Below, one piece after another: positions 56,263 through 64,000 of a DNA stretch of 64,000 nt. Source of the DNA: Thermoproteota archaeon. GTDB taxonomy: Archaea; Korarchaeota; Korarchaeia; Korarchaeales; Korarchaeaceae. The first letter of the stretch is position 1; the number at the start of each line of letters is the position of its first letter. The position numbers and the translations under genes are program-made. Below the pieces are notes generated by a model that saw only the letters and a list, made by a program, of their open reading frames with translations, did no database searches and was not told where the DNA came from. The stretch spans positions 1-64,000 of the forward strand of contig JAOZFI010000041.1 in the NCBI GenBank assembly GCA_027491395.1. Reading direction: 5' to 3'.

Positions 56263-56510
56263 CCCCCTCCTACCTCAGGCATTATGGTGATCTCGTCTTC
56301 AGGCCCCACCTCCGCATCCAGCCCGCCCTTTGACTCTGCGGATACCCCATTGATCAGGACTATCATCTTCAACCTCTTGCCATCAGTCACGAGCTCCCTT
56401 ACTTCCTCCGGAAGGACTTCGAGCACCTTCCTCAGCGTGGTCCTGCCTAGGTCCAGCTCTACCTCCTTGCCTAAAAGCTCCCTCGGCCTTCCCAGTAGCT
56501 TGAGCCTCAT
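56259..56510 (-). CDS. moaD: MoaD/SAMP ubiquitin-like sulfur carrier
   Basis: Beta-grasp, LING, C-terminal PEVGGG; follows the FOR/AOR gene. Confidence 0.88.
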   Translation of the reverse strand: MRLKLLGRPRELLGKEVELDLGRTTLRKVLEVLPEEVRELVTDGKRLKMIVLINGVSAESKGGLDAEVGPEDEITIMPEVGGG

Positions 56511-56521
56511 GAGGGCCCTCC

Positions 56522-58384
56522 TTACTCTGAGAGGCTCACCACTTTCTCCAGCTGAGGTATGACACTCTCCAATCCTAGGGATCTGAGCGTGCTCTTCCTC
56601 GGGATGCCGTTATTATCCCATCCCCTGAGCTCATAGTACCATGAGAGCATCTTGTCGTAAGAGTTCCTGTCGAGTTTGGCGCCGGCAAGCGGTCCTTTGG
56701 TCAGAGGCTCATCGAACCACTTCGCCGGTGGATAGTCCATGGTCCTACTCCAACCACCCTTCTCCCTTATCCAGAAAGCTCTTATCAGCGAGTATATCCT
56801 ATTGGAGATCCTGTAGATATCGTCCCAAGTGTACTCCAGTCCAGTAGCGGCCTTCAGAAACTTGGTGTACCATTCAAGATCGAAGCCGAGCTCGATCCAC
56901 GGTAATCTGCAGGTCACAGCGCTCTCAAAGAACCCTCCTCTCACGTTCTGCATCCAAATAAGCTTCTCCACTCTATCTCTGCTCGCTACACCTCTGCCTT
57001 CCCTGACTTCTATGGAGATGAACCACGCGTCTTTGTGGTGAGCTCCTATGGGGCTCGTTCCATAGGCTAGGGCCATCCCTATGTATGCGTGGCAGTCGTA
57101 TGCACTAGTCTCCAGCCCCTTAACGTGCATCGCGAACTTCTCGGCACCGTTTCCTAGCTTTGAGGCAGCGTAAGCCACTCCCTCAGCCAGCACAGCCCCG
57201 AATCCCTCCTTATTCACGATCTTCTTGGCCAGTTCCAGCATGGCAGGGGCGTTGCCCCACTCTAGGTCTACGCCAACCTCCTCTTTGCTCAGCATACCCC
57301 TCTGAACCGCCTCGGTCGCGAATGCCAAGGCCGAGCCCATGCTTATGGCGTCTAGACCGGTCTCGTCAGAGAAGAGATTCAGAGTCATTACCCAGCTCAT
57401 GTTGTCGATTCCTAAGTTAGAACCGTTCATTGCTATGTTCTCGTAGTCAACCTCAGTCCTCCTTCCCTGATACGGGCCTTCCTTTATCTCAGTTATGTTA
57501 CCGCAGGGCATGTTGCAGTTGGGGCAGCCCTTCTGGGAGACCTTGTATATCTTCTCCATGGCATTACCTCCTATCTTGTCAAACCCATCGAACACCCCCT
57601 CACTGAAGTTGTAGGTGGGGAGCGCGCTGTTCTCGTTGGCCCATTCCACGGTGAACATGGTTCCCTGCCGCACCCAGAAATCGTAGTTGTCCTTGGACTT
57701 CACATCCTTGTAGGCCTCAGCTCCCAGCTCGAGGACCTCCTTCGGATTATCCATCGGTATCTCCTTGGTTCCTCTCACTACCAAGGCCTTTAGATTCTTT
57801 GAACCCATGACTGCACCCATTCCGGGCCTTCCACCAGCCCTTCCCTTCTCCGAGGTGACCACAGATATCTTTACTAGGTTCTCCCCGGCGGGCCCTATCA
57901 CTAGAATCCCCGCATTCTTACCGTACTGGGACTCCAACTCGTCTTGGGCCTTGTAGGTGTCCAGCCCCCACAGGTCCTTGGCCGACTTTATCTCCACCTT
58001 GTCATCCTCAATTACTATCATGGACGGCTCCTCAGCCTTTCCGGAGACGATAACCGCATCATAACCAGCCTTCTTCAGCTGAACCGAGGCCCTAGTGCCT
58101 ATATTACCATCCCCGTATCCTCCTGTTAGGGGGGACTTGGCAGCTATGACCATCTTCCCGCTGCTCGGGAGCGTCAGTCCAGTGAGGGGTCCGGTAGCAA
58201 ATATGAGCAGGTTTTCTGGGGAGAGGGAATCCACGCCGGGTGGAAGCTCCTCCCAGAGTGTCTTTATGGCGAGGCCCCTTCCACCGAGGAAATCTACGGC
58301 AACTTTAGGGTCTAGATCCTGTACCACAGCCTTTCTCCGGGTGAGGTCCACCCTGAGTATCTTACCAGTCCAACCACCCTTCAT
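56522..58384 (-). CDS. Tungsten aldehyde:ferredoxin oxidoreductase family enzyme (FOR-like)
   Basis: KSPLTG, GRPGMGAVMGSKNLKA, CPNCNMPC, DETGLD, GAHHKDAW, CRLPW, YYELRGW. Confidence 0.93.
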   Translation of the reverse strand: MKGGWTGKILRVDLTRRKAVVQDLDPKVAVDFLGGRGLAIKTLWEELPPGVDSLSPENLLIFATGPLTGLTLPSSGKMVIAAKSPLTGGYGDGNIGTRASVQLKKAGYDAVIVSGKAEEPSMIVIEDDKVEIKSAKDLWGLDTYKAQDELESQYGKNAGILVIGPAGENLVKISVVTSEKGRAGGRPGMGAVMGSKNLKALVVRGTKEIPMDNPKEVLELGAEAYKDVKSKDNYDFWVRQGTMFTVEWANENSALPTYNFSEGVFDGFDKIGGNAMEKIYKVSQKGCPNCNMPCGNITEIKEGPYQGRRTEVDYENIAMNGSNLGIDNMSWVMTLNLFSDETGLDAISMGSALAFATEAVQRGMLSKEEVGVDLEWGNAPAMLELAKKIVNKEGFGAVLAEGVAYAASKLGNGAEKFAMHVKGLETSAYDCHAYIGMALAYGTSPIGAHHKDAWFISIEVREGRGVASRDRVEKLIWMQNVRGGFFESAVTCRLPWIELGFDLEWYTKFLKAATGLEYTWDDIYRISNRIYSLIRAFWIREKGGWSRTMDYPPAKWFDEPLTKGPLAGAKLDRNSYDKMLSWYYELRGWDNNGIPRKSTLRSLGLESVIPQLEKVVSLSE

Positions 58385-58460
58385 TCGACCACCGGGATTC
58401 ACGACAGCTGAAAATTAAAAGGCTTTAATGTATGTGAATCCTGTGTGGCTCCACACAGGT

Positions 58461-59384
58461 TTGGCGAGGGATTCCAGTACTGTAAGAGCTTCAGTAGGGA
58501 CTCTAGTGAGACTCGGGCTCCTTCACATGAAGATGGCTGCGGCTCCCAAGACGGCTTATCTACTTATCCCAGGTGGATGTTTGGGCAAGTGCGCCTTCTG
58601 CCCTCAATGGATCGAGGAGGCCAGATTAGCTAGGCTGAGATGGCCGCTAGTTGACGTGGATAGCGTGGTCAAGGGCCAAGGACTCTTCGAGAGGGTATGC
58701 ATCCAATCAACGCTTAGAAGGGGATTTTCATCTGAGGTAGAGAGCTTGGCATCGCTGTTTAAAGGTCCTGTTTCAATCTCCATAAATCCTGCGCACCGAG
58801 ATGTACTGCAGCGCCTGAGGAGGTACGCTGAGAGGATAGGAATTGGGCTCGATGCCATGTCCCCTAGGGTATTCCGTAGAGTGAATAAGCCTGGATCTTG
58901 GAACTCATACATCAAGTTCGTTGAAAATGCCATCGACGTATTCGGCAGGGGAAAGGTACATGTTCACCTGATAGCCGGGATGGGAGAGTCTCTCGATGAA
59001 GCTATACACATAATGTCCTCTCTATATGAGATGGGGGCCGAGGTAGCCCTCTTTTCATTTACCCCCGTGCCCGGAACACCCATGGAATCCCGCCCTAAGC
59101 CAGATATCAAGTATTACAGGCAGCTTCAAGTGATACGACACTTCCTGAGCGAGGGGATCCCAGTCGAGGAGATCAAGTCCTACGATCCCGACGAATATAG
59201 GGATGCTTTCCTAACTAGCGGATGTCCCTCCTGCAACAGGCCCTTTTACAACGAGAGCCCTAAAGGCCCGATATACAACTTCCCCAGCACGGACCTGCTG
59301 AAGAAGGACTGGGAGAAGGTCAGGGGAGAGGTGATGACTGCCGTTGAAGACCTTAGGGTTCATTCCTACTGGAAAGTTCGCTGA
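58461..59384 (+). CDS. lipS2: Radical SAM protein, archaeal lipoyl synthase LipS2-like
   Basis: CLGKCAFC.Q, HLIAGMGE, LFSFTP..GT, TSGCPSCNRP (TxGCPxC(N/D)RP motif); TTG 58461 or ATG 58428. Confidence 0.78.
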   Translation: MARDSSTVRASVGTLVRLGLLHMKMAAAPKTAYLLIPGGCLGKCAFCPQWIEEARLARLRWPLVDVDSVVKGQGLFERVCIQSTLRRGFSSEVESLASLFKGPVSISINPAHRDVLQRLRRYAERIGIGLDAMSPRVFRRVNKPGSWNSYIKFVENAIDVFGRGKVHVHLIAGMGESLDEAIHIMSSLYEMGAEVALFSFTPVPGTPMESRPKPDIKYYRQLQVIRHFLSEGIPVEEIKSYDPDEYRDAFLTSGCPSCNRPFYNESPKGPIYNFPSTDLLKKDWEKVRGEVMTAVEDLRVHSYWKVR

Positions 59385-60165
59385 GGTAAGCATAACTGGA
59401 CACTATTGTCCCCTGAATTGCCCAATGTGCCGTGGAAAATGGCTCAGAGGGATGATAACAGCTACTTCCCCAGCCGAATTAGTCCAGCTGGGTCGCAGCC
59501 TGAGAAAGAAGGGAATCGAGGGTATCTTGATAAGCGGTGGTTTGGGGATTGACGGAAAACTGCCGCTAAGACCATTCGCATCGGCTATCCGAGAACTTAA
59601 GGGGATGGGATTCTTCATCAGCGTTCACACCGGAGTGGTTGGTGAGGAGGAGGCCAAGCTGCTCTCCACGGCTCGGGTGGACTTGGCCGACTACGAGTTG
59701 ATCTTGGACGAAGAGGCCATAAGAACGGCAAAGTCGCTCAAACTCACACCTGAAGACTTCGTGAGGGGCATGGAGCTTCTAGTTGAATCGTCTATAGAGG
59801 TGGTTCCCCACATCACCGTGGGACTGCCTGGCTCCCGAGAGAAATGGTTCGAGGATGCAGCTAACATAATCAGGGAGCTTGGAATAAGGAGATCCGTTGT
59901 ATTAGTTTTCATACCAACCCCAGACACCCCCTTCGAGGACCAAGAACCCCCTTCGCTGGACAAGGTGGTCGAGGTAACCCGTGTGCTCAGCAGATCCTCG
60001 AAGGTCAGTCTCGGATGCATGAGACCCCCTTGGATGAAGAAGAGGTTGGACAGTGCTTTGAAGGGCTTGGTGGATAGGATAGCAAACCCCCATCCCAGCA
60101 TAAGGCTTGATATAGTTCATGCGTGCTGTTCGATCCCAGAAGAGCTGATAGGGAGATTCCTATAG
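59344..60165 (+). CDS. lipS1: Radical SAM protein, archaeal lipoyl synthase LipS1-like
   Basis: SITG..CPLNCPMC, LISGG, VPHI, GCMRP and C-terminal CCS motifs. Confidence 0.78.
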   Translation: MKTLGFIPTGKFAEVSITGHYCPLNCPMCRGKWLRGMITATSPAELVQLGRSLRKKGIEGILISGGLGIDGKLPLRPFASAIRELKGMGFFISVHTGVVGEEEAKLLSTARVDLADYELILDEEAIRTAKSLKLTPEDFVRGMELLVESSIEVVPHITVGLPGSREKWFEDAANIIRELGIRRSVVLVFIPTPDTPFEDQEPPSLDKVVEVTRVLSRSSKVSLGCMRPPWMKKRLDSALKGLVDRIANPHPSIRLDIVHACCSIPEELIGRFL

Positions 60166-60168
60166 CTT

Positions 60169-61887
60169 TCAACGAGTTAGGAAGCTTACTACTCCCCTCA
60201 GCAACGGGTTCTTGATGCATTGGGCGAGGTCCCTAGTGGGGTAGAGTGAGAGGGATTTCTTCACCTCTGCGTCAAGCTTTATCGCCACTTCCTCGATGGA
60301 TTCCTTCATCTTGTCCAGCGGAAGCCCCATTTCGACGTATTTCAAGACCTCTCTGTCCAACTGGACCCTCCTCTTTGCCAATTCATACGTCCTCTCATCT
60401 ATGAGTCCCACCTCGAGCTTAGCTCTGTTCAATTCCTCATACGCGGTCAAGGATGAAGATACTACATCCTGTCGATCCATCCAAGCGGTCCGGTAATTCA
60501 GCGAGTACTTCCAGTGATAGGAGGTTAAGGCCCTACGGTAACTCTCCAGGTCCCTGAATAGGATCTCATATCCGTGCACCTCGGGGTTGACGAAGGCCCT
60601 GCTGCCTGGGTCCACGAAGGGTGCTAGAGGTGAGACGAATGCGTTCACCCTGTTCGAGATTTCCCTCAATTTGAGGAAGTAGGAGGCCACTAGGTGGGCC
60701 TGATCCGGGGTTTGCCTCGGAAGACCCATCATGAAGTACAGATCTAACCTCTCGAATCCCAGCTCCTCCACATACCTAACCATCTTTTCCAGCCGCTCAT
60801 TGCCGTAAGGTCTTCCAAACGCCCTTCTAACTTCTTCCAGAGGACTCTCAGGAGATATCTGAAGGTAAACCTTGTGGGAAGTCCTCCTCAACTGCTCTAA
60901 CACTCTCTTCGGTGGGGGAGAGAAGAACTCGAATATCAGCTCGTTTTCCAAGTCTAACTCCTTAAGGAGCTTAGATACCTCCTCGACCCTATCTCCATAC
61001 CTGAGATCCCCGACAAAGAATATTGGCATTGAGGAAAGGTTTGCTATCCCTTCTACCTCGTCGGCTATCGCCCTAGGAGACTTCAGCGCCAGCCCGTCCC
61101 TCCGAAAGAACCTAGAGTAGGTGAACTTTGAACCACCGCACGTCACGCAGTTGAATGAGCAGCCCTTGACAGTGATGATCCCCGCGATGGGCGCCTCTAT
61201 GAAGGAGCAGAAGGGGACCCCCAGCGAGAGATCCCTACACCTCATCAAATTCTTCACTAAGATCCCGTGATCTATGATGAACTCGTCCAAGTTATCAGGG
61301 ATCCAGCTGAGCTCATTTTCCCTGATCCTCCCGTTATCTCTCCATACTACGTTAGGTGTCCTTGTAGGGCCCTCCTCCAAGAACTTGAGGAAAGGTACTT
61401 CAGTGCTGTCACCGAGCAGAACGGCATCCACGGAGTTATAGCTGGTCATGATCTCTCTTCTGAAGAATGTGGAGGATAGACCCCCCAACACGACCTTGCT
61501 GTCCGGATGGTATTCCTTCAAGATCCTCGCTATCTCCAGGGCTCCATGCGCGTGGACAAGCCAGTGGAGATCTATCCCAAAGACATCAGCCTCCAAGTCC
61601 TTCAAGAATTTCTCCACATCGAACTCCCTGTCCCTCAGCATCTTGGAGGCCAGATTGAATATCCCAACCTTGTATCCCTTTCTGCTCAGGTAAGTGGCTA
61701 ATGTGAGGAAACCATAGGGCATCATGTCGAAGACGAAAAGGGAAGGTACCACCTCGCTTATGACCGTCGCGTAGAGGTAGCGATCTCTGAAGTCATAGAC
61801 GCTAGGTGCATGAATTAGCGCCACGTCCACTTTCAAGCTCGCAGCACCCGAGACCAGACTAAATGCTTTTTTACTTAATGATTCCAT
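60169..61887 (-). CDS. B12-binding domain/radical SAM protein (Ta0216/TIGR04190-like)
   Basis: HAPSVYDFR, VPS..F.M.P.GF, IDLHW..HAHG, KGCSFNCVTCGGS, LAPFVDPGS. Confidence 0.85.
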   Translation of the reverse strand: MESLSKKAFSLVSGAASLKVDVALIHAPSVYDFRDRYLYATVISEVVPSLFVFDMMPYGFLTLATYLSRKGYKVGIFNLASKMLRDREFDVEKFLKDLEADVFGIDLHWLVHAHGALEIARILKEYHPDSKVVLGGLSSTFFRREIMTSYNSVDAVLLGDSTEVPFLKFLEEGPTRTPNVVWRDNGRIRENELSWIPDNLDEFIIDHGILVKNLMRCRDLSLGVPFCSFIEAPIAGIITVKGCSFNCVTCGGSKFTYSRFFRRDGLALKSPRAIADEVEGIANLSSMPIFFVGDLRYGDRVEEVSKLLKELDLENELIFEFFSPPPKRVLEQLRRTSHKVYLQISPESPLEEVRRAFGRPYGNERLEKMVRYVEELGFERLDLYFMMGLPRQTPDQAHLVASYFLKLREISNRVNAFVSPLAPFVDPGSRAFVNPEVHGYEILFRDLESYRRALTSYHWKYSLNYRTAWMDRQDVVSSSLTAYEELNRAKLEVGLIDERTYELAKRRVQLDREVLKYVEMGLPLDKMKESIEEVAIKLDAEVKKSLSLYPTRDLAQCIKNPLLRGVVSFLTR

Positions 61888-61902
61888 ACCCCCTGATCTC
61901 CT

Positions 61903-63048
61903 ATGGAAGATCTCTCCGCTGGTTTCAGGCTGCTGAGAAACGCTCTCCTCCTATCTCTAATAGCCTCCATAATACCTTTGATCTCCTTGGGAGCTATGGG
62001 AGCCGCGGATCTGGGTTCTCTCGGATTAGAACAACTCATGGTTACTCTGTCTACTGTGACGGCGGCAGGAGCCGTAGCAGGCATCCTAAGCTTAATCTCG
62101 CTATTCTTCATGTACAAGGGATGGACGGAGATGTGCTATGGGCTTGATGAGCTGTTCTGTACAGTAAGTCGGATAATAAAGTACGGTACCATAGCCTCTC
62201 TTGCTCTCCTCCTAATCTCCGTCGGAATGATGTACTCTTCCATCCAGAATACGATGAAAAATCCCGCTGGAGCCTTCTCCACAATTTTAGCAGCCTCCCC
62301 CTTACTCATACTATCCGGTCTAGCTGGTCTTGCGGTCTTCCTATCGATTGTCTACGCCTTCTACAAATTGGGCGCGATCTTGGAAATCAATAATCTCAAG
62401 GTAGGAGCTGCGCTTCTCCTGATAGGGCCTCTCACTTCAATCTCGAATGTAATCGCCCTATCACTAGGTTTAACTGTGCTGGGACTTATCCTCCTGACTA
62501 TCACCACAAATAAGCTGATCAATACCGAGATAGAGGTGGTGGAGGAGGGAGAGATAGATGAAGAGTACGATGAAATGGTGGAGCGCGGGGAACCGAGACC
62601 TCCGATAAAGGCGAGAAGGTCGAGGCGGAAGCCGGTCTACGAGGAAATGGAAGAACCTCGCAGGTACGAACCTATGGAGGAGTGGATGGAAGCTCCCGCC
62701 CCGCCTCCTAAGCGTAAGGAGGTTGGTGCGCAACTGGTGGGACCCAACGGTTTCGTCGCTAAGCTGGGTCCGGGAATAAGGACCTTCGGAAGGAGGGATT
62801 TCGCTGGCTTTGTCCCAGATGAGGATCTTGATTACATCTCTAGGAGGCATTTCGAGATAAGGGTGACTTCACAGGGGTACTTCATAAGGGATCTTGGCAG
62901 TCTGAACGGCACTTGGGTTAACGGCAGGAAACTTGCTAGAGGAGAATCCGTCAGACTAACCAACGGTTCAGTAATAGATGTGGCCGAAGTTGTCCGGTTG
63001 AGATTCGTCTCGAGCGAGCCTGAAGACCTAGGTGTCCCATCCCTATGA
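61903..63048 (+). CDS. Multi-pass membrane protein (DUF973-like) with C-terminal FHA domain
   Basis: About 6 TM, charged Pro-rich linker, FHA motifs FGR, ISRRHF, DLGSLNGTWVNG. Confidence 0.85.
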   Translation: MEDLSAGFRLLRNALLLSLIASIIPLISLGAMGAADLGSLGLEQLMVTLSTVTAAGAVAGILSLISLFFMYKGWTEMCYGLDELFCTVSRIIKYGTIASLALLLISVGMMYSSIQNTMKNPAGAFSTILAASPLLILSGLAGLAVFLSIVYAFYKLGAILEINNLKVGAALLLIGPLTSISNVIALSLGLTVLGLILLTITTNKLINTEIEVVEEGEIDEEYDEMVERGEPRPPIKARRSRRKPVYEEMEEPRRYEPMEEWMEAPAPPPKRKEVGAQLVGPNGFVAKLGPGIRTFGRRDFAGFVPDEDLDYISRRHFEIRVTSQGYFIRDLGSLNGTWVNGRKLARGESVRLTNGSVIDVAEVVRLRFVSSEPEDLGVPSL

Positions 63049-64000
63049 AGATCCAAGGATCCCTTGGCTCCTATCACGTGATAAAGAGGCTGGGAGGGGG
63101 AGGATTCGCCGACATCCTCCTAGCTAGAGCTGACGAGGAACTGGTCGTCATAAAACTACCTAAAGAAGATGAGATGTCTAGGATGCTCCTAAGGGAGGAG
63201 GCCTCCATCCTGAGGGAGGTATCCACTCCTTCTCCCCACGAGCACATAGTCGCATTCATCGAGTGGATTGACAGGGTGCCTGCTCTGGTGGAGGAATACA
63301 TCCCTGGACCCACTATAGGGGAGGCTTACAGGAGCAGGAGGGCTACACAGAACGATGCGATAAGGGTATCGTTGGGCGTTCTCTCAGCGCTGGAAAGGAT
63401 ACACTCACTGGGCGTGGTTCATGGGGATGTGAAACCCGATAACATAATCCTTCCACGCTCCCTGCACCCTGTTCTCATAGATCTTGGTGTAGCTAGGGCC
63501 GTGGGCAAGAGATCCGTTGCGGGAACCCCGGGATGGAGCGCTCCTGAATTTCTGAGGGGAGAGGTCTCACCAGAAGCTGATATCTACTCGGTTGGGGTTC
63601 TGATCCTCTTTCTAGTGTATGGAACTGATCCTAGAGAGCCTCTGGGACCGGAGGATCTCCCGAAGAATTTATCAGACCATCTCAGGTATGTGCTAGCCAG
63701 GGCACTGGATCCCGATCCCAAGAGGAGGTTCAGCAGCGCGAGGGATATGTCGCTCGCCCTGATGGGGATGAGGCTCCCCTCAGAGTCCGGGCCCAGAATA
63801 GTCGTTCAGGGGAAGACCATACCTCTGAAGGACAGGATAACGATAGGAAGGGTGAAGAGGCAGGGAGGCACGGGGAGAGCGGATGTTAACCTACAGGAGA
63901 TTGGATCAAGGAGATCTCTGCCTCTTGGACCACCTAATGGATGGATAGAGATAGTGAGGGTAGGGGGTGAGTACTGGATAAGCGATAGAGGGGCCCCGGG
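63045..64000 (+). CDS. Hanks-type Ser/Thr protein kinase with C-terminal FHA-like domain (truncated by window end)
   Basis: Translated by hand from ATG 63045: LGGGGFA, VVIK, HGDVKPDN, IDLG, GTPGWSAPE, DIYSVG, DP.RR, then ITIGR..YWISD. Confidence 0.9.
   Translation, partial: MKIQGSLGSYHVIKRLGGGGFADILLARADEELVVIKLPKEDEMSRMLLREEASILREVSTPSPHEHIVAFIEWIDRVPALVEEYIPGPTIGEAYRSRRATQNDAIRVSLGVLSALERIHSLGVVHGDVKPDNIILPRSLHPVLIDLGVARAVGKRSVAGTPGWSAPEFLRGEVSPEADIYSVGVLILFLVYGTDPREPLGPEDLPKNLSDHLRYVLARALDPDPKRRFSSARDMSLALMGMRLPSESGPRIVVQGKTIPLKDRITIGRVKRQGGTGRADVNLQEIGSRRSLPLGPPNGWIEIVRVGGEYWISDRGAP

Noticed and set aside
73-63313. Numerous antisense and alternate-frame ORFs in the track (e.g. 1273-1926, 10458-11129, 16541-17251, 31221-32135)
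   Set aside because: They overlap well-identified genes and have Ser/Leu/Pro-rich shadow composition with no motifs
1-64000. CRISPR arrays, IS elements, integrases, tRNA att duplications, selenocysteine/pyrrolysine read-through
   Set aside because: No spaced direct repeats, transposase or integrase motifs, duplicated tRNA ends, or in-frame continuation of homology past stops were seen by eye

Overview
Gene-dense core chromosome of a GC-rich, probably (hyper)thermophilic archaeon. The gene set and GGTGA/GAGGTG Shine-Dalgarno style suggest Korarchaeia/TACK affinity, which is an inference. Bases 1-19.2 kb are a near-continuous translation superoperon: spc cluster, secY, EMC3/DUF106, cbf5, the alpha/rpoD cluster, eIF5A, SRP54, Pus10, eL21, RpoF and DUF655. 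The remainder holds housekeeping and metabolic genes: IPK, PINA, NadM, a type II pantothenate kinase with an ECF S-component, PheST, MmsA with a class III aminotransferase, enolase, CCA enzyme, TFE, NAC, MBF1, SRP RNA, Mo/W-pterin genes, Tat, hom/lysC, a FOR-type tungstoenzyme with MoaD, a LipS2-LipS1 radical-SAM pair, and a membrane FHA protein with a Ser/Thr kinase running off the end. Seven tRNAs are present, one with a BHB intron. No mobile element or CRISPR array was seen. The most notable unexplained signals are recurrent hairpins spanning stop codons at transcription-unit ends, a box C/D K-turn over the uS5 stop followed by a structured uL30 leader, an orphan gene inserted between uS11 and rpoD, an apparent ATA-initiated gene, and a candidate C/D sRNA.
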